Shown here: piece after piece, positions 51,200 to 62,474 of the stretch | Numbering within the stretch: the stretch's first letter is position 1 | How the letters are laid out: each line of letters begins with the position of its first letter | The notes under the pieces: model-generated | Seen by the model: only the letters and a program-made list of their open reading frames with translations | The model's database searches: none | Told to the model about the DNA's origin: nothing | NCBI GenBank assembly: GCA_050952625.1 | Contig: JBMNLH010000001.1 | Location: forward strand, 928,001 to 992,000 | Length of the DNA stretch: 64,000 bases | Reading direction: 5' to 3' | DNA from: Bacillota bacterium | GTDB lineage: Bacteria > Bacillota > Ch66 > Ch109 | Translations under genes and position numbers: made by a program

Positions 51200-51625
51200 A
51201 TGACAATGCTTTTAAGTCTGCCTGACAGATTAAAAACAGAACAGAAAGGTTTTTCCTTAATAGAGGTCTTAGCTGCTATCCTGATCATAGCCGTGACAAT
51301 AACGCCGATTTATTATGTCTTAACCTATAACTCTCTGGTTATAGCCGCTTCGGGACGACAGACTCAGGCAATGTTATATGCTCAGGAGATAATGGAGCGG
51401 CTAAAAGCTAATCCACATTCCTTAGGAGTAGCAGAAGGGGAATATGACGCCAGTAACCTAGACCAGTTGGGTATTTCCGAAGCTCCGCCGGTTGGGTTAG
51501 TGCCGTTGGTCATTATTGCTTGGGAGAATCAGAGTTTGGGACTGTATCGAGTAACGGTCAAAGTTCAGTGGCAGCTCAGAAAAGTCAGAGAGGTTGAGTT
51601 AACCACTTTGCTATTTTCACGCTAG
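51200..51625 (+). CDS. Minor pilin (PilV-like)
   Basis: KGFSLIEVLAAI. Confidence 0.85.
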   Translation: MTMLLSLPDRLKTEQKGFSLIEVLAAILIIAVTITPIYYVLTYNSLVIAASGRQTQAMLYAQEIMERLKANPHSLGVAEGEYDASNLDQLGISEAPPVGLVPLVIIAWENQSLGLYRVTVKVQWQLRKVREVELTTLLFSR

Positions 51626-51658
51626 GTTTAATAACTAGAGAAATATGAAGGCAGAAAA

Positions 51659-52150
51659 ATGCGAGCTCTTTTGCTTGGGATCAGGTTATGGCGCGAAAAA
51701 GGGTTTACGTTAATCGAGTTGCTGGCAGCATTATCCATAATTTCTTTAGTGATTTTGATTGCTTCGACGGTCCTTTTGACCGGTCAAAAGGCAATATATC
51801 AAAATGGTAGTGTCGTCGAAATGCAGCAAGTCGTTCGTTCTACTATGCAGTTTATGATTAGAGAAATTCGGTCGGCCCAGAAAATAGTAGAGATTCAACC
51901 AAACCGATTGACGCTGATTAATCATGAGGGAAATAAAATAGCATACCGGATGAGCGGAGGGACCTTGTGGCGAGATTTTTACCTTACTCCTACTTCGACT
52001 ATTAGGAGTACAAGCCACCCTTTAGCGAATCAAATTGTAGACATAACTTTTACTGCCAGTGAAACCAGGGGAGTTAAGATTTGTTTAACTGCCGGGCAAG
52101 AAAATAAAGAGTATTATTTAAGTACTTTTGTATACCCACGGGTAGAGTGA
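51659..52150 (+). CDS. Minor pilin (PilW-like)
   Basis: KGFTLIELLAAL, REIRSA. Confidence 0.85.
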   Translation: MRALLLGIRLWREKGFTLIELLAALSIISLVILIASTVLLTGQKAIYQNGSVVEMQQVVRSTMQFMIREIRSAQKIVEIQPNRLTLINHEGNKIAYRMSGGTLWRDFYLTPTSTIRSTSHPLANQIVDITFTASETRGVKICLTAGQENKEYYLSTFVYPRVE

Positions 52151-52245
52151 ACTTGTTTAGCTTCGTCGAACACAGAGGCATCAGACGGAGACTCTGCTTC
52201 ACCTGAAGCGGTAAACAAGGTAATCCCCACATAGAAGGGAGTCTT
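52146..52245. mobile_element. Palindromic MITE-like element, copy 2 (diverged)
   Basis: Aligns with 35476-35580; its AGTGA start overlaps the pilin stop codon. Confidence 0.7.
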
Positions 52246-52290
52246 CAGATTTAGACAAAGCCGAGAATTCAAGGAGTTCAATAGATAATT

Positions 52291-52773
52291 GTGTCTAATG
52301 TTAAAAATATAACATTAATAAATAGGCGGAATAATACTCGCAATGAGCCAGGGTCAGTATTGATTGTGGTGGTGTTGATAGTTGCCACTTTAATGGCGAT
52401 CAATGGTGCCTTACTGATCAACTCAGCCTTTGAGGCGCGGATAGCGGCAAACCATGAACGTGCCGTAGTTTTGCAGTATTTAGCTGATGCCGGAATTGAA
52501 AAAATGCGGGCTGAACTAATCCATAATGAAGGTTTAGTTAATTATGAGAACGAATCAACTTTGGAAGACATTCAGTTTATCTTTGGGATGATGACCAATT
52601 TCGGGGAGGCAGAGATATCCAGTAGCCTGCGTGGTCCAAATTTACGAGATAACTTGGAAATCCAATCAACCGCCAGACTACCGGACGGGTCAAAAAAGAC
52701 AATTCTGGTTGAGCTAAAACCACCGTTTAATGAAGCAGCAATTAGTACTTATTCAGAAATATACCTCCCGTAG
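52291..52773 (+). CDS. PilX-like minor pilin
   Basis: GSVLIVVVLI, YLADAGIE. Confidence 0.8.
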   Translation: MSNVKNITLINRRNNTRNEPGSVLIVVVLIVATLMAINGALLINSAFEARIAANHERAVVLQYLADAGIEKMRAELIHNEGLVNYENESTLEDIQFIFGMMTNFGEAEISSSLRGPNLRDNLEIQSTARLPDGSKKTILVELKPPFNEAAISTYSEIYLP

Positions 52774-52814
52774 ATTGGCGGAAGCAATAATTTTGAAAGG
52801 TTGATGAGGGTATC

Positions 52815-54425
52815 ATTTGTTGCCTTGGGAAACGGAGTCAAGTTGTAGATAGAGTTAGTCTCGACATAAACAGTCATTCAATTAAAATGGTGCAACTTAG
52901 GCAGCACCGGGGTGAATTGTGCCTGGTCAAATGGGGGAGAGTGGATACACCAGCCGGGATTATTGATCGAGGCCTGGTGAATGACCCGATAAAACTGGGT
53001 GAGGCGATCAGTTCTCTTTTCAGTCAGCTGGGAGTCCGAAAGCCAGGGGTTGCCGCTGCCGTTTCTGGGCAACAGATTTTTCTCCGTCACCTTACTCTCC
53101 CGTTAATGCCTCATAGGGAGATGGTTCAGGCAATTAAATACCAGCTTCAAGGTCTGCTGCGGATTCCGTCGGCAGAGATCCGCTATGACTTTATCCGGTC
53201 AGACTTAAATACTCAACCATCAGAAGATGGACTCATCGAAGTTACGGTGGTGGCAACCAGACGCTCCGTGATTGAGGGTTTAAAAGAGAGCATCGTCAGG
53301 GCCGGGGCAATTCCGCTTGTTTTGGGGATCGAACCATTAGCCATATATCGTTTGCTCCAAAGCAAAGAACCGGTTCCGGCTGCACCGTCAAGGGTTTTGC
53401 TAGTCAGTATTGGTCGGACGATCACCCAACTCAGTATCTTTGAACAGGGCGTGCTCCGATTTAATCGGACGTTAATGTTGAATGCAGCTACTGATCAGGA
53501 AAGTGTTGATTTCCAGAACGTGGTTAGGGAGGTTTCCACAGAAGTCTGGAGAACCTTGGAATATTATCAGTTGGAATATCCGGAGGCTCAGGTGGAGAGG
53601 ATTCTCCTGACGGGAGAGGCAACCCGGTTTGGGGGCTTCTCGGCCGTGTTGGGTCAGGTGGATATTCCCATAATTAAGTTGGATCCGTTGGCGAGGATTC
53701 GGTTTGAGAAATCAGTTACTGAGGCGGAAGCGGAAGAGCTCAGGACGAGTTATGGCGTGGCCCTGGGCTTAGCCGCCAGTGTAATCGATGCGCCAGCTGG
53801 TTATATCAATCGGTTGACCCACGGCAAGAGAATTCCCTCTTTCCGACGGATTTCATGGCCGGGGCGGCTGGACCGACACTTATGCGCTAACCAGATCAAT
53901 TTATTTAGGGAAGACAATCTACCTGATTCCTCAAAGAAGAACCTAATCCTAATTGGTGCCTTAAGCTTATTGCTCGCTTTCTCTTTGCCGGGCTACTTAT
54001 GTTACAGTTTAAGTCAAAAAGTGCAGGAACAAGAGAGTCGCTACCAGGAATTGCGCGATATCTTAATCGCAAAGGGCCTGCTAGTCAGTCAGGGGGCCAA
54101 TCGGGATTTATTTGCCTCCACCGCTTGGGAAAAAGAACTTCAACTCAGTCAATGGCAGATTGACCGTGATCAATGGTCGAAAACACTATCGGAGATATAT
54201 AAAACGATTCCGGTTGGCTGTTATTTGAAGGAAATACGCCAATATGAGACTGGAGTCAGATTGATCGGACAAGCCCGGTCTTATCCTGATTTAGCTCAGT
54301 TTATTGCTGCCATTGAAGAGCTAGAGATGTTCACAGAGGTGGACCTGATTAACAGTAAATACGACTCATTAGCCAAAGAAGTGCCTTTTGAACTACAATG
54401 CAACCGATTTAGCAAGAATTATTAA
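52815..54425 (+). CDS. PilM-PilN fusion (start uncertain; first ATG at 52887)
   Basis: VSLDINSHSIKMV upstream of the ATG, ILLTGE, ALGLA, then QINLF, TM helix and PilN-like domain. Confidence 0.8.
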   Translation: MCCLGKRSQVVDRVSLDINSHSIKMVQLRQHRGELCLVKWGRVDTPAGIIDRGLVNDPIKLGEAISSLFSQLGVRKPGVAAAVSGQQIFLRHLTLPLMPHREMVQAIKYQLQGLLRIPSAEIRYDFIRSDLNTQPSEDGLIEVTVVATRRSVIEGLKESIVRAGAIPLVLGIEPLAIYRLLQSKEPVPAAPSRVLLVSIGRTITQLSIFEQGVLRFNRTLMLNAATDQESVDFQNVVREVSTEVWRTLEYYQLEYPEAQVERILLTGEATRFGGFSAVLGQVDIPIIKLDPLARIRFEKSVTEAEAEELRTSYGVALGLAASVIDAPAGYINRLTHGKRIPSFRRISWPGRLDRHLCANQINLFREDNLPDSSKKNLILIGALSLLLAFSLPGYLCYSLSQKVQEQESRYQELRDILIAKGLLVSQGANRDLFASTAWEKELQLSQWQIDRDQWSKTLSEIYKTIPVGCYLKEIRQYETGVRLIGQARSYPDLAQFIAAIEELEMFTEVDLINSKYDSLAKEVPFELQCNRFSKNY

Positions 54426-54454
54426 TAGATTCGATTGTTGAGCCATAAAGGCAT

Positions 54455-55096
54455 TTGAAGGGTTCGGATATGTCAATGACCTTACGCGAGAAGATATTAG
54501 TTGGAGCCGCTTTAGCAACTGTAATATTAGGAATAATCTACCATTACTGGTACCAGCCCACTCAATTAAAGCTAAGTGAGCTGACTAATCAGATCGAGAT
54601 ATATGAGACAGAATTAAATCGCTTTCAGAATAAATCTGATAATTACCATAATGGTTTAGATAGTACGGACACTTTTCAAAGTCTACCGGAAATGCAGCGG
54701 CAACTAACCGAACAGGTTCCTTACCGGGAAGCCGTCCCAGAGTTAATTATTCATTTACATACATGGGCCGGACAAACCGGGACTACGTTAACCGGGTTTG
54801 GTTTGGAGAAAAAAACAACTGATTCAAGGTATAAGACTTCCGCTTATCGCCTTCAGGTATATGGTGGATTTACCGAGATTTGCGAGTTTGTCCGAAGACT
54901 GGAGCAATCAAAACGGTTAATCAGGATTGAAGAAATTAACCTAACTAGCGGAGATTCAAGCTTGGGCACGGCTATTAGTCAACTAGAGCCAGCAACTGCC
55001 TCTGGTTTAGAATCTTCTTCATCGGCGAAGAGCAACTCTCTGAAGGCGGAAATTCGATTTTCTACTTATATTGATACTGCTCCGGACGCTAAGTAA
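54455..55096 (+). CDS. PilO-like protein
   Basis: TLREKIL, TM helix, coiled coil, G.F..I..F...LE...RLI. Confidence 0.8.
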   Translation: MKGSDMSMTLREKILVGAALATVILGIIYHYWYQPTQLKLSELTNQIEIYETELNRFQNKSDNYHNGLDSTDTFQSLPEMQRQLTEQVPYREAVPELIIHLHTWAGQTGTTLTGFGLEKKTTDSRYKTSAYRLQVYGGFTEICEFVRRLEQSKRLIRIEEINLTSGDSSLGTAISQLEPATASGLESSSSAKSNSLKAEIRFSTYIDTAPDAK

Positions 55097-55340
55097 TAGC
55101 CATCATGAAAAATTGCTCGCGCATTGTTCTAATACTGGTCAGCGATTGGTGATTTACCTCATTTATTCTCGTTCCCAGTCTAGGCTGCTGACCGTGTTAA
55201 AACACACGCGTTAGAGTTTTGGGGTAGTAGACTACCCGGGATAGTAAACCTGTCTTCGTGTCCCACGTTGCGATAAGTGATGAACTATGTTAAGCTATTA
55301 TTAGTTTCATTGGTTAGATAATAGAATATAAGCAGATTTC

Positions 55341-55420
55341 AGCTAGGGGTGCCGTAAGGCTGAGAGGGAGTGATCCCGACCCTTTGAACCTGATATGGGT
55401 AATTCCATCGTAGGGAAGCG
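55341..55420 (+). promoter_or_regulatory. TPP riboswitch
   Basis: GGGGTGCC...GGCTGAGA...ACCCTTTGAACCTGAT...GTAAT...CGTAGGGAA upstream of thi genes. Confidence 0.96.
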
Positions 55421-55451
55421 AAACTATAGAGTGGATTGGACACATTATTTG

Positions 55452-55480
55452 AGCTTACCCTTGAGGTAGGCTTTTTTATT
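55452..55480 (+). terminator. Riboswitch expression-platform terminator
   Basis: AGCTTACC...GGTAGGCT followed by TTTTT. Confidence 0.8.
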
Positions 55481-55553
55481 GGATCAATCAGGCTTTGTGG
55501 TTAGCTGTGGATGATGACTGCGGAGCAAATATAACTTGGGGGTGGATCCGGTT

Positions 55554-55754
55554 TTGAAGCTGTTGATTAACGGGAAAGAGGAAACATTGTCTAGGGAAAT
55601 GACCTTGGTGGAGCTTATCTCACAGCGCGGGTTAAATCCAAAATCAATTATTGTTGAGTATAATTATGAACTAGTTAAGGAGGAGGTATGGCCGCAGATT
55701 AAACTAAAGGAAAGTGATCGGGTTGAAATACTCAGATTCGTCGGAGGGGGTTAA
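55554..55754 (+). CDS. thiS: Sulfur carrier ThiS
   Basis: INGK, VEYN, D.VEI..FVGGG. Confidence 0.95.
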   Translation: MKLLINGKEETLSREMTLVELISQRGLNPKSIIVEYNYELVKEEVWPQIKLKESDRVEILRFVGGG

Positions 55755-55758
55755 ATAT

Positions 55759-56529
55759 TTGTCGGATGCATTAATTATCGGTGGACAAGAAGTAAATAAC
55801 CGGCTTTTTTTAGGGACCGGGAAGCTAGCCTCTAACCAACTCATTCCCGAGATCGTAAAGGCCTCAGGGAGTCAGGTCGTAACTGTTGCCTTAAGAAGAG
55901 TGGACTTTGAGAGTGAGGATGAAAACATCGTTAGTTATGTCCCCAAGGACTGCATTCTAATGCCCAATACTTCGGGGGCCAGAACCGCCGAGGAAGCAGT
56001 CCGCATTGCCCGGCTGGCCAGAGCAGCCGGTTGCGGGAATTGGGTTAAGATCGAAGTAATTACCGACACCAAGTATTTGCTGCCGGACAATTATGAGACG
56101 GTTAAAGCTACTGAAATCTTGGCTGGGGAAGGATTTGTGGTTTTGCCATACATCAGCCCGGATTTAATGGTGGCCAGGCAATTACAAGCCGCCGGAGCTG
56201 CCGCAGTAATGCCCCTAGGTGCCCCGATTGGCAGTAACCGAGGGCTCAGAACCAGGGAGTTGATTAGAATCTTGATTGAGGAGATTTCTCTCCCAGTCAT
56301 TGTCGATGCCGGGCTTGGCCGACCTTCCGAGGCAGCTGAGGCAATGGAAATGGGAGCAGCGGCTGTGTTAGTCAATACAGCCATCGCTACGGCCAGAGAT
56401 CCAGTGGCGATGGCCAAAGCTTTTAGCCTGGCCGTAATGGCCGGCCGGATGGCATATTTGGCTGGACCTGGAGCAATCCGGTTATATGCGGAGGCCTCTT
56501 CTCCGCTGACGGGGTTTTTGCGAGATTAG
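55759..56529 (+). CDS. thiG: Thiazole synthase
   Basis: [28 protein letters not shown]. Confidence 0.96.
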   Translation: MSDALIIGGQEVNNRLFLGTGKLASNQLIPEIVKASGSQVVTVALRRVDFESEDENIVSYVPKDCILMPNTSGARTAEEAVRIARLARAAGCGNWVKIEVITDTKYLLPDNYETVKATEILAGEGFVVLPYISPDLMVARQLQAAGAAAVMPLGAPIGSNRGLRTRELIRILIEEISLPVIVDAGLGRPSEAAEAMEMGAAAVLVNTAIATARDPVAMAKAFSLAVMAGRMAYLAGPGAIRLYAEASSPLTGFLRD

Positions 56530-56643
56530 ATTATTATAGCATTAATGTTGAATATTTATTTTTACCAAACAAGTAATTGTGGTGAAAGGTGATGGATCCA
56601 GTTAATGCTTGAATACCTAACTTTAAGATAGAAGGCGATATAG

Positions 56644-57747
56644 ATGAGTTTCTATCAAGAATATCGGCAATATAAAGATTTTGATTATGCGGGATTTTTT
56701 GCTCAGATTAACGAGGCTGATATCGAAAGGATTTTGGGTAAAGAACGGATCAATGAATTAGATTATCTGGCTTTGCTTTCTGAAACGGCCGAGCAGTATT
56801 TGGAACCCATGGCCCAAAAGGCGCACCGGCTGACGGTCCAACACTTTGGTCGGGTTATTCAGCTATATACCCCAATTTACCTGGCTAATTACTGTGCGAA
56901 TTTTTGTGTTTACTGCGGTTTTCGGGCGAGCAATAAACTGAAACGCAAAAAGTTAAGTCTGGCCGAGGTGGAAAAGGAAGCCGCACTGATTGCCGCCACC
57001 GGCCTAAAGCATGTGATCATCTTGACTGGTGAATCGCGAAAAATGTCGCCGGTTTCATACATTAAAGATTGCGTCGAAGTGCTTAAAAAGTATTTTGCTT
57101 CCATCTGTATTGAGGTCTACCCCTTAGAAGAACATGAGTATGCGGAATTGATTCAGACGGGCGTGGATGCTTTAACCATCTACCAGGAAACATACAATGA
57201 AGATTTGTATTTGGAATTGCATCCCGCGGGTCCCAAGAGAAACTACCTTTACCGTTTAGAAGCTCCGGAGCGAGCCTGTCAGGCTGGCATCAGGTCCGCT
57301 AACCTGGGAGCTTTATTGGGTCTGGACCAATGGCAGCCCGATGCCTTCCTGACCGGATTACACGCTCATTACTTGCAGAAGAACTACCCGGGAGTAGATG
57401 TCGCCATTTCCTTGCCCCGCCTGCGGCCGCACTTGGGTGGTTACCAACCTCGCTGTATAATTAGTGATAAAAACTTGGTGCAATACATGCTGGCCTTTAG
57501 ACTATTTATTCCCCGCGCCGGGATCACTATTTCCACCCGGGAACGGGCTGAGTTTCGGGATAATTTGCTTCGGTTGGGTGTAACCAAAATGTCGGCTGGG
57601 TCATGTACGGCGGTCGGGGGCCGGGCTAGCGACAATGAGGTAATTGGCCAGTTTGACATATCTGATCAACGTGGGGTGGAAGAGATGAAGAAAATGGTTT
57701 ACGCCCAGGGATATCAGCCAGTTTTCAAAGACTGGCATCAGTTTTAA
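56644..57747 (+). CDS. thiH: 2-iminoacetate synthase (radical SAM)
   Basis: [27 protein letters not shown]. Confidence 0.96.
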   Translation: MSFYQEYRQYKDFDYAGFFAQINEADIERILGKERINELDYLALLSETAEQYLEPMAQKAHRLTVQHFGRVIQLYTPIYLANYCANFCVYCGFRASNKLKRKKLSLAEVEKEAALIAATGLKHVIILTGESRKMSPVSYIKDCVEVLKKYFASICIEVYPLEEHEYAELIQTGVDALTIYQETYNEDLYLELHPAGPKRNYLYRLEAPERACQAGIRSANLGALLGLDQWQPDAFLTGLHAHYLQKNYPGVDVAISLPRLRPHLGGYQPRCIISDKNLVQYMLAFRLFIPRAGITISTRERAEFRDNLLRLGVTKMSAGSCTAVGGRASDNEVIGQFDISDQRGVEEMKKMVYAQGYQPVFKDWHQF

Positions 57748-57754
57748 CCGTAAT

Positions 57755-57778
57755 AGTGAACTCGTTCAGCTTCGCTGA
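57755..57778. repeat. Truncated copy 3 of the palindromic element
   Basis: AGTGAACTCGTTCAGCTTCGCTGA identical to 35476-35499. Confidence 0.75.
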
Positions 57779-57819
57779 CTTGATTTTACTATATATCCAT
57801 TGCTATCCGGAGGAAACTA

Positions 57820-58470
57820 ATGAATGACTTTGAACGGGCTCTAGTTGCTTGTATCGGGCGGGACCGTTTGACGATCATCCAAAGTATTCAGGTTGGGATT
57901 GCCGGGGCTGGTGGCTTAGGCTCAAATTGTGCCCAATTTCTGGTTAGAAGCGGGTTTAAGAAACTAAAGATCGTTGATTTCGACGTGGTTGACTGGACCA
58001 ATCTTAACCGCCAGTTTTACTTTGCGGATCAGGTGGGATCCAAGAAAGTTGAAGCCTTGCGGCAGAATCTGCTGCGCATCAACCCGGACCTGGATCTTGA
58101 GTTATTAGATCAAAAAATAACCCGGGATAATGCAGATAGTTTGTTTGCGGACTGTCAGATTGTCGTTGAAGCCCTAGATCAGGTCGAGAGCAAAAAACTA
58201 ATGGTTGAAACATATCTGAATTCAGGCAAGCTGCTGGTCTGTACTTCTGGCTTGGCTGGTTGGGGTAAGAGTGATGATATTGTCATCAACCGGCTCAAAG
58301 AAAACTTTTACTTAGTGGGGGATCTGATTCGCGAAGTGGGGCCGGCTGATCCACCCATGGCCCCGCGAGTGAGTATTGCCGCGGCCAAGGAAGCGGATGT
58401 GATCCTTGCTTATGTGTTAAATTGTCTTGCGGAAGGTGGACAGAATGATGAAAAAAACCGCCATGGCTAA
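57820..58470 (+). CDS. thiF: ThiS adenylyltransferase
   Basis: GAGGLGS, DFDVV..NLNRQ. Confidence 0.93.
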   Translation: MNDFERALVACIGRDRLTIIQSIQVGIAGAGGLGSNCAQFLVRSGFKKLKIVDFDVVDWTNLNRQFYFADQVGSKKVEALRQNLLRINPDLDLELLDQKITRDNADSLFADCQIVVEALDQVESKKLMVETYLNSGKLLVCTSGLAGWGKSDDIVINRLKENFYLVGDLIREVGPADPPMAPRVSIAAAKEADVILAYVLNCLAEGGQNDEKNRHG

Positions 58471-59104
58471 TTTATTGGCGGCTGATCTGTATGGTTTAAC
58501 GGCGGAAGAGTATTCGCTAGGCCGAAATAATGTCGAAGTAGTTTCCCAAATGATCAAAGCCGGACTTAAAGTGATTCAGTATCGAGAGAAAGATAAAAAG
58601 ATGCGGGAAAAGTATCAAGAATGTTTGAAATTACGGGAGATAACCCGGCAGGCTGGGGTTACTTTTATCGTCAATGATCATGTAGACTTAGCTCTTTTGG
58701 TTGGCGCTGATGGGATCCATCTGGGCCAGGATGACCTCCCAGTTAATCGGGTGAGAGAATTGGTCGGTAAGGATATGCTGATTGGGTTATCTACCCATTC
58801 GCCGGCTCAGGCTCAATCCGCCCTGGAAATGGGCGTTGATTATATCGGGGTGGGGCCGATCTTTAGCACGCAGACCAAAAAGGATGTTTGTGCTCCAGTC
58901 GGTTTGGAATATCTAGACTATGTAGTCAAGCATATCCCTCTTCCTTTTGTCGCGATTGGCGGTATTAAGGAACATAACATCGCTGAAGTTGCCCGGCGGG
59001 GAGCCATATGCATTGCTTTAGTCACGGAAATTGTGGGGGCCACAGATATCGAAGCTAAGATTCGTAACCTGAGGGCCTGCCTTAACCGCAGCAATCGACT
59101 CTGA
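58445..59104 (+). CDS. thiE: Thiamine phosphate synthase
   Basis: QYREK, VND, HLGQDD, GLSTH, TQTK, AIGGI. Confidence 0.96.
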   Translation: MMKKTAMANLLAADLYGLTAEEYSLGRNNVEVVSQMIKAGLKVIQYREKDKKMREKYQECLKLREITRQAGVTFIVNDHVDLALLVGADGIHLGQDDLPVNRVRELVGKDMLIGLSTHSPAQAQSALEMGVDYIGVGPIFSTQTKKDVCAPVGLEYLDYVVKHIPLPFVAIGGIKEHNIAEVARRGAICIALVTEIVGATDIEAKIRNLRACLNRSNRL

Positions 59105-59120
59105 CAGAAATAATGCTTAT

Positions 59121-59180
59121 TCATCTCCCGCCTTCACTTTCACTTCGTGAGCCAGGCAGCTTAGAGGCGAGAGACTTTTT
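59121..59180. repeat. Hairpin resembling an IS200/IS605 end remnant
   Basis: TCTCCCGCCT...AGGCGAGAGA followed by CTTTT. Confidence 0.4.
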
Positions 59181-59245
59181 GGCCCATGATGTTAAATGTT
59201 AAAGCTAATACGGTTATGCTTGTTATGTTTTAGAATCTAACAGGA

Positions 59246-60547
59246 TTGAAGGGAGACGGATTGATGAATTATACGACGCAGATGGATGCTGCGCGCAAGG
59301 GGATTATCACTGGGGAAATGGAGAAGGTAGCCAGTAAAGAGAACATAGCGGTCGAGCGGCTTCGTCAATTAATGGCAGATGGCCGAGTAGTTATCCCGGC
59401 CAATAAAAACCACCGGTCATTAGATCCAGAAGGCATTGGTGAAGGGTTGAAAACCAAAATTAATGTTAATCTTGGTGTTTCGCCGGACTGCTGTAATATC
59501 GAACTTGAACTAGAAAAGGCCCGCCAGGCCATTGATTTAAAGGCTGACGCCATTATGGACCTGAGTTGTTACGGGAAGACCGAAGAATTCAGACGAAAGC
59601 TGGTGGGCATGTCGCCAGTCATGATCGGTACCGTGCCGGTCTATGATGCGGTTGGGTTCTATGATAAAGAGTTAGCGGACATTACCGCTGAAGAGTTCTT
59701 GAGGGTGGTGGAAAAGCATGCCCAGGACGGGGTCGACTTTATGACCATTCATGCTGGAATCAATCGGGAAACAGCCGCCCGGTTCAAGAAAAATCCCCGG
59801 TTAACCAATATCGTATCCCGGGGTGGGTCGCTGCTCTTTACCTGGATGGAGCTTAATGGACAGGAAAACCCATTTTATGAACATTATGACCGCCTGTTGG
59901 AGATTTGTGCCCGTTATGATGTGACCATCAGTCTGGGGGATGCCTGCCGCCCGGGCAGTATCAAGGACGCGACAGATGCTGCGCAAATTCAAGAACTGAT
60001 TATTCTCGGTGAATTGACCCAACGGGCCTGGGAACGAAACGTTCAGGTCATGATTGAGGGACCAGGGCACATGCCGTTAAATGAAATCATTTCCAATGTA
60101 CAATTGGAAAAGAAGCTGTGCCATGGGGCTCCTTTTTATGTGCTTGGTCCGCTGGTGACGGATGTGGCGCCCGGGTATGATCATATTACTAGTGCAATTG
60201 GCGGGGCACTAGCCGCGGCCCACGGGGCTGATTTTCTTTGTTATGTTACGCCAGCGGAGCACTTGCGGCTACCTGACCTGGAAGATATGAAAGAGGGGAT
60301 CATTGCCTCCCGCATTGCGGCTCATGCCGCGGATATCGCCAAAGGTTTACCTGGAGTCCGGCAATGGGATGACGCCATGAGTGAGGCTCGTAAAAATCTG
60401 GATTGGGAGCGGATGTTCCAATTGGCGATTGATCCGGAAAAAGCTAAGCGGTATCGGGCGGAATCACTTCCCGAACACCAGGATACATGTACGATGTGCG
60501 GCAAAATGTGTGCTGTTCGAAATATGAATAAGGTGTTAAGCGGGTGA
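59246..60547 (+). CDS. thiC: Phosphomethylpyrimidine synthase
   Basis: [29 protein letters not shown]. Confidence 0.97.
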   Translation: MKGDGLMNYTTQMDAARKGIITGEMEKVASKENIAVERLRQLMADGRVVIPANKNHRSLDPEGIGEGLKTKINVNLGVSPDCCNIELELEKARQAIDLKADAIMDLSCYGKTEEFRRKLVGMSPVMIGTVPVYDAVGFYDKELADITAEEFLRVVEKHAQDGVDFMTIHAGINRETAARFKKNPRLTNIVSRGGSLLFTWMELNGQENPFYEHYDRLLEICARYDVTISLGDACRPGSIKDATDAAQIQELIILGELTQRAWERNVQVMIEGPGHMPLNEIISNVQLEKKLCHGAPFYVLGPLVTDVAPGYDHITSAIGGALAAAHGADFLCYVTPAEHLRLPDLEDMKEGIIASRIAAHAADIAKGLPGVRQWDDAMSEARKNLDWERMFQLAIDPEKAKRYRAESLPEHQDTCTMCGKMCAVRNMNKVLSG

Positions 60548-60918
60548 GAATTGTTTGACATCGGTAAAAGTTTGAACGGTTTATTACAAGAATTAGCGAT
60601 GAAGGTTAATCGGAAATTAAATTTTTCTGTTCTGATAGTGCTGTCAAGCAGCATGAGGGTCTCCTATAGAACTAAGCAAGCAATGGTCAGCCGCCGGGTT
60701 GGCCATTATTACGTAAAATACTGTTTTTTGGTAATAATATGATATGCGATAGAAGTACTATTATTCAATTGAAAAGGTATTCAATAGAAAAGGCTGAGGT
60801 TTACTAATCGTATGCATAGCGTTTAGACAACTAGTGGACAATAATTTCAGGAAGCGATATTATGGTAATCAACAGGTATGAAGGAAGGGCCTGGAAATAT
60901 GGTTCGAGGTGAAAAGTA

Positions 60919-62379
60919 TTGATCGGAAAAGATGGATTAAAAGAAATACTATCAATCGCTTTGATCAACGGCGGAGACTTTGCCGATATCTTTTTGGAGC
61001 GGCGCCGGACAAGTATGGTTTTCTGCGAAGATAATCGGATTGAGCGAGTGAATACCGGTTTGGATGTTGGAGCCGGAATCAGGGTCATTCAAGGGGACAA
61101 CACTGCTTATGCCTATACCAATGATCTGTCCCTGACCGGCCTGAATGAGGCGGCCCGGATCGCTAGTCATGCGGTGCAGGGTGAGAACCGGGATTTAACT
61201 ATTGATTTAAGGACTGTCACGTCGCCAGTTGAACTAATAATTGAGGAAAGGCCCGATTCAGTGGCCATTGACCGTAAAGTTGAGGAAGTAGAGCGGGCCA
61301 ACCGCACCGCCCGAGCCGTCGATCCGCGGATCAAGCAAGTGGCTGTATCTTATGGCGACGTGGTGCAGAACGTGGTTGTGGCTAATTCCGAAGGAAGCTA
61401 CGTCGAGGACGAACGGATTCGGACCCGTTTTGTGGTCAATGCGGTTGCAGCGGAGGGATCCTTGATTCAAACCGGCTATGAGGCTGTTGGGGGCCACGTT
61501 GGTTATGAGTTGTTTAAGGAGAAAGGCATGTCGCCGGAAGCAGTCGCTAAGGAGGCTGCCCGCCGGGCAATCCTGATGTTAGGGGCCAGACCGGCTCCGG
61601 CCGGTCGGATGCCGGTCGTGATGGCCGGGGAAGCTGGCGGCACGATGGTGCACGAGGCCTGCGGCCATGGCCTGGAGGCGGATCATATCCAGAAGCAGTT
61701 GTCTGTTTACGCGGGTAAAGTTGGACAGCCGGTGGCTTCAGAATTAATTTCCGTAATTGATGATGCGACTTTGCCGGGTAAGTACGGATCCTATCGTTTT
61801 GATGATGAAGGGGTTCCGGGACAGCGGAAGGTTTTGATAAAAAACGGCATTCTCCAAGACTATATGTATGATGGACTGACCGCTCGCAAAGAGGGGCGGC
61901 CTTCAACGGGCAATGGTCGGCGCGAATCCTTTCATTACCGACCAATTCCCCGCATGACGAATACTTATATCAAGGCTGGCCAGGAGGCTCCGGAGAAAAT
62001 AATCCGTGACACGCGGCGAGGACTGCTGGTTAAGAAGATGGGTGGGGGCCAGGTGAATACGGTTAATGGTGATTTTGTTTTTGACGTTTCCGAGGGTTAC
62101 TTGATTCAAGATGGGGAGATTGGCCCCCCGGTACGCGGGGCCACCCTTACCGGCAATGGCCCGGAGACGTTACGCATTGTCGAGCGGGTCGGCAAAGATC
62201 TCGGTTTTGGGATCGGTACTTGCGGTAAAGATGGTCAGGGAGTCCCCGTTTCTGACGCGCAGCCAACGTTGGCGATTCGCGAACTGGTCGTTGGTGGAGT
62301 GGAGGTGCCGATATCGCCTAATGGTGAGATTTGTCGTTTGGAGCTTAAAGAAGCAAATCGATCGAGTTGGGACTGGTAG
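60919..62379 (+). CDS. tldD: TldD metalloprotease
   Basis: HEACGHGLEAD, GNGRRES, RMTNT, CGKDGQ. Confidence 0.95.
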   Translation: MIGKDGLKEILSIALINGGDFADIFLERRRTSMVFCEDNRIERVNTGLDVGAGIRVIQGDNTAYAYTNDLSLTGLNEAARIASHAVQGENRDLTIDLRTVTSPVELIIEERPDSVAIDRKVEEVERANRTARAVDPRIKQVAVSYGDVVQNVVVANSEGSYVEDERIRTRFVVNAVAAEGSLIQTGYEAVGGHVGYELFKEKGMSPEAVAKEAARRAILMLGARPAPAGRMPVVMAGEAGGTMVHEACGHGLEADHIQKQLSVYAGKVGQPVASELISVIDDATLPGKYGSYRFDDEGVPGQRKVLIKNGILQDYMYDGLTARKEGRPSTGNGRRESFHYRPIPRMTNTYIKAGQEAPEKIIRDTRRGLLVKKMGGGQVNTVNGDFVFDVSEGYLIQDGEIGPPVRGATLTGNGPETLRIVERVGKDLGFGIGTCGKDGQGVPVSDAQPTLAIRELVVGGVEVPISPNGEICRLELKEANRSSWDW

Positions 62380-62474
62380 ATGTCTTTGTCGTTTTCATTC
62401 TCTATTTGTCCCGTCTGGTGGCATGAAGGTCAACTCTAGAGTGATGTAAAGGGCACAGGAAGGAGTAAGGTTCA

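Noticed and set aside
55220-55290. IscB omega-RNA/HEARO remnant
   Set aside because: Only a few short words resemble it, and there is no associated ORF.
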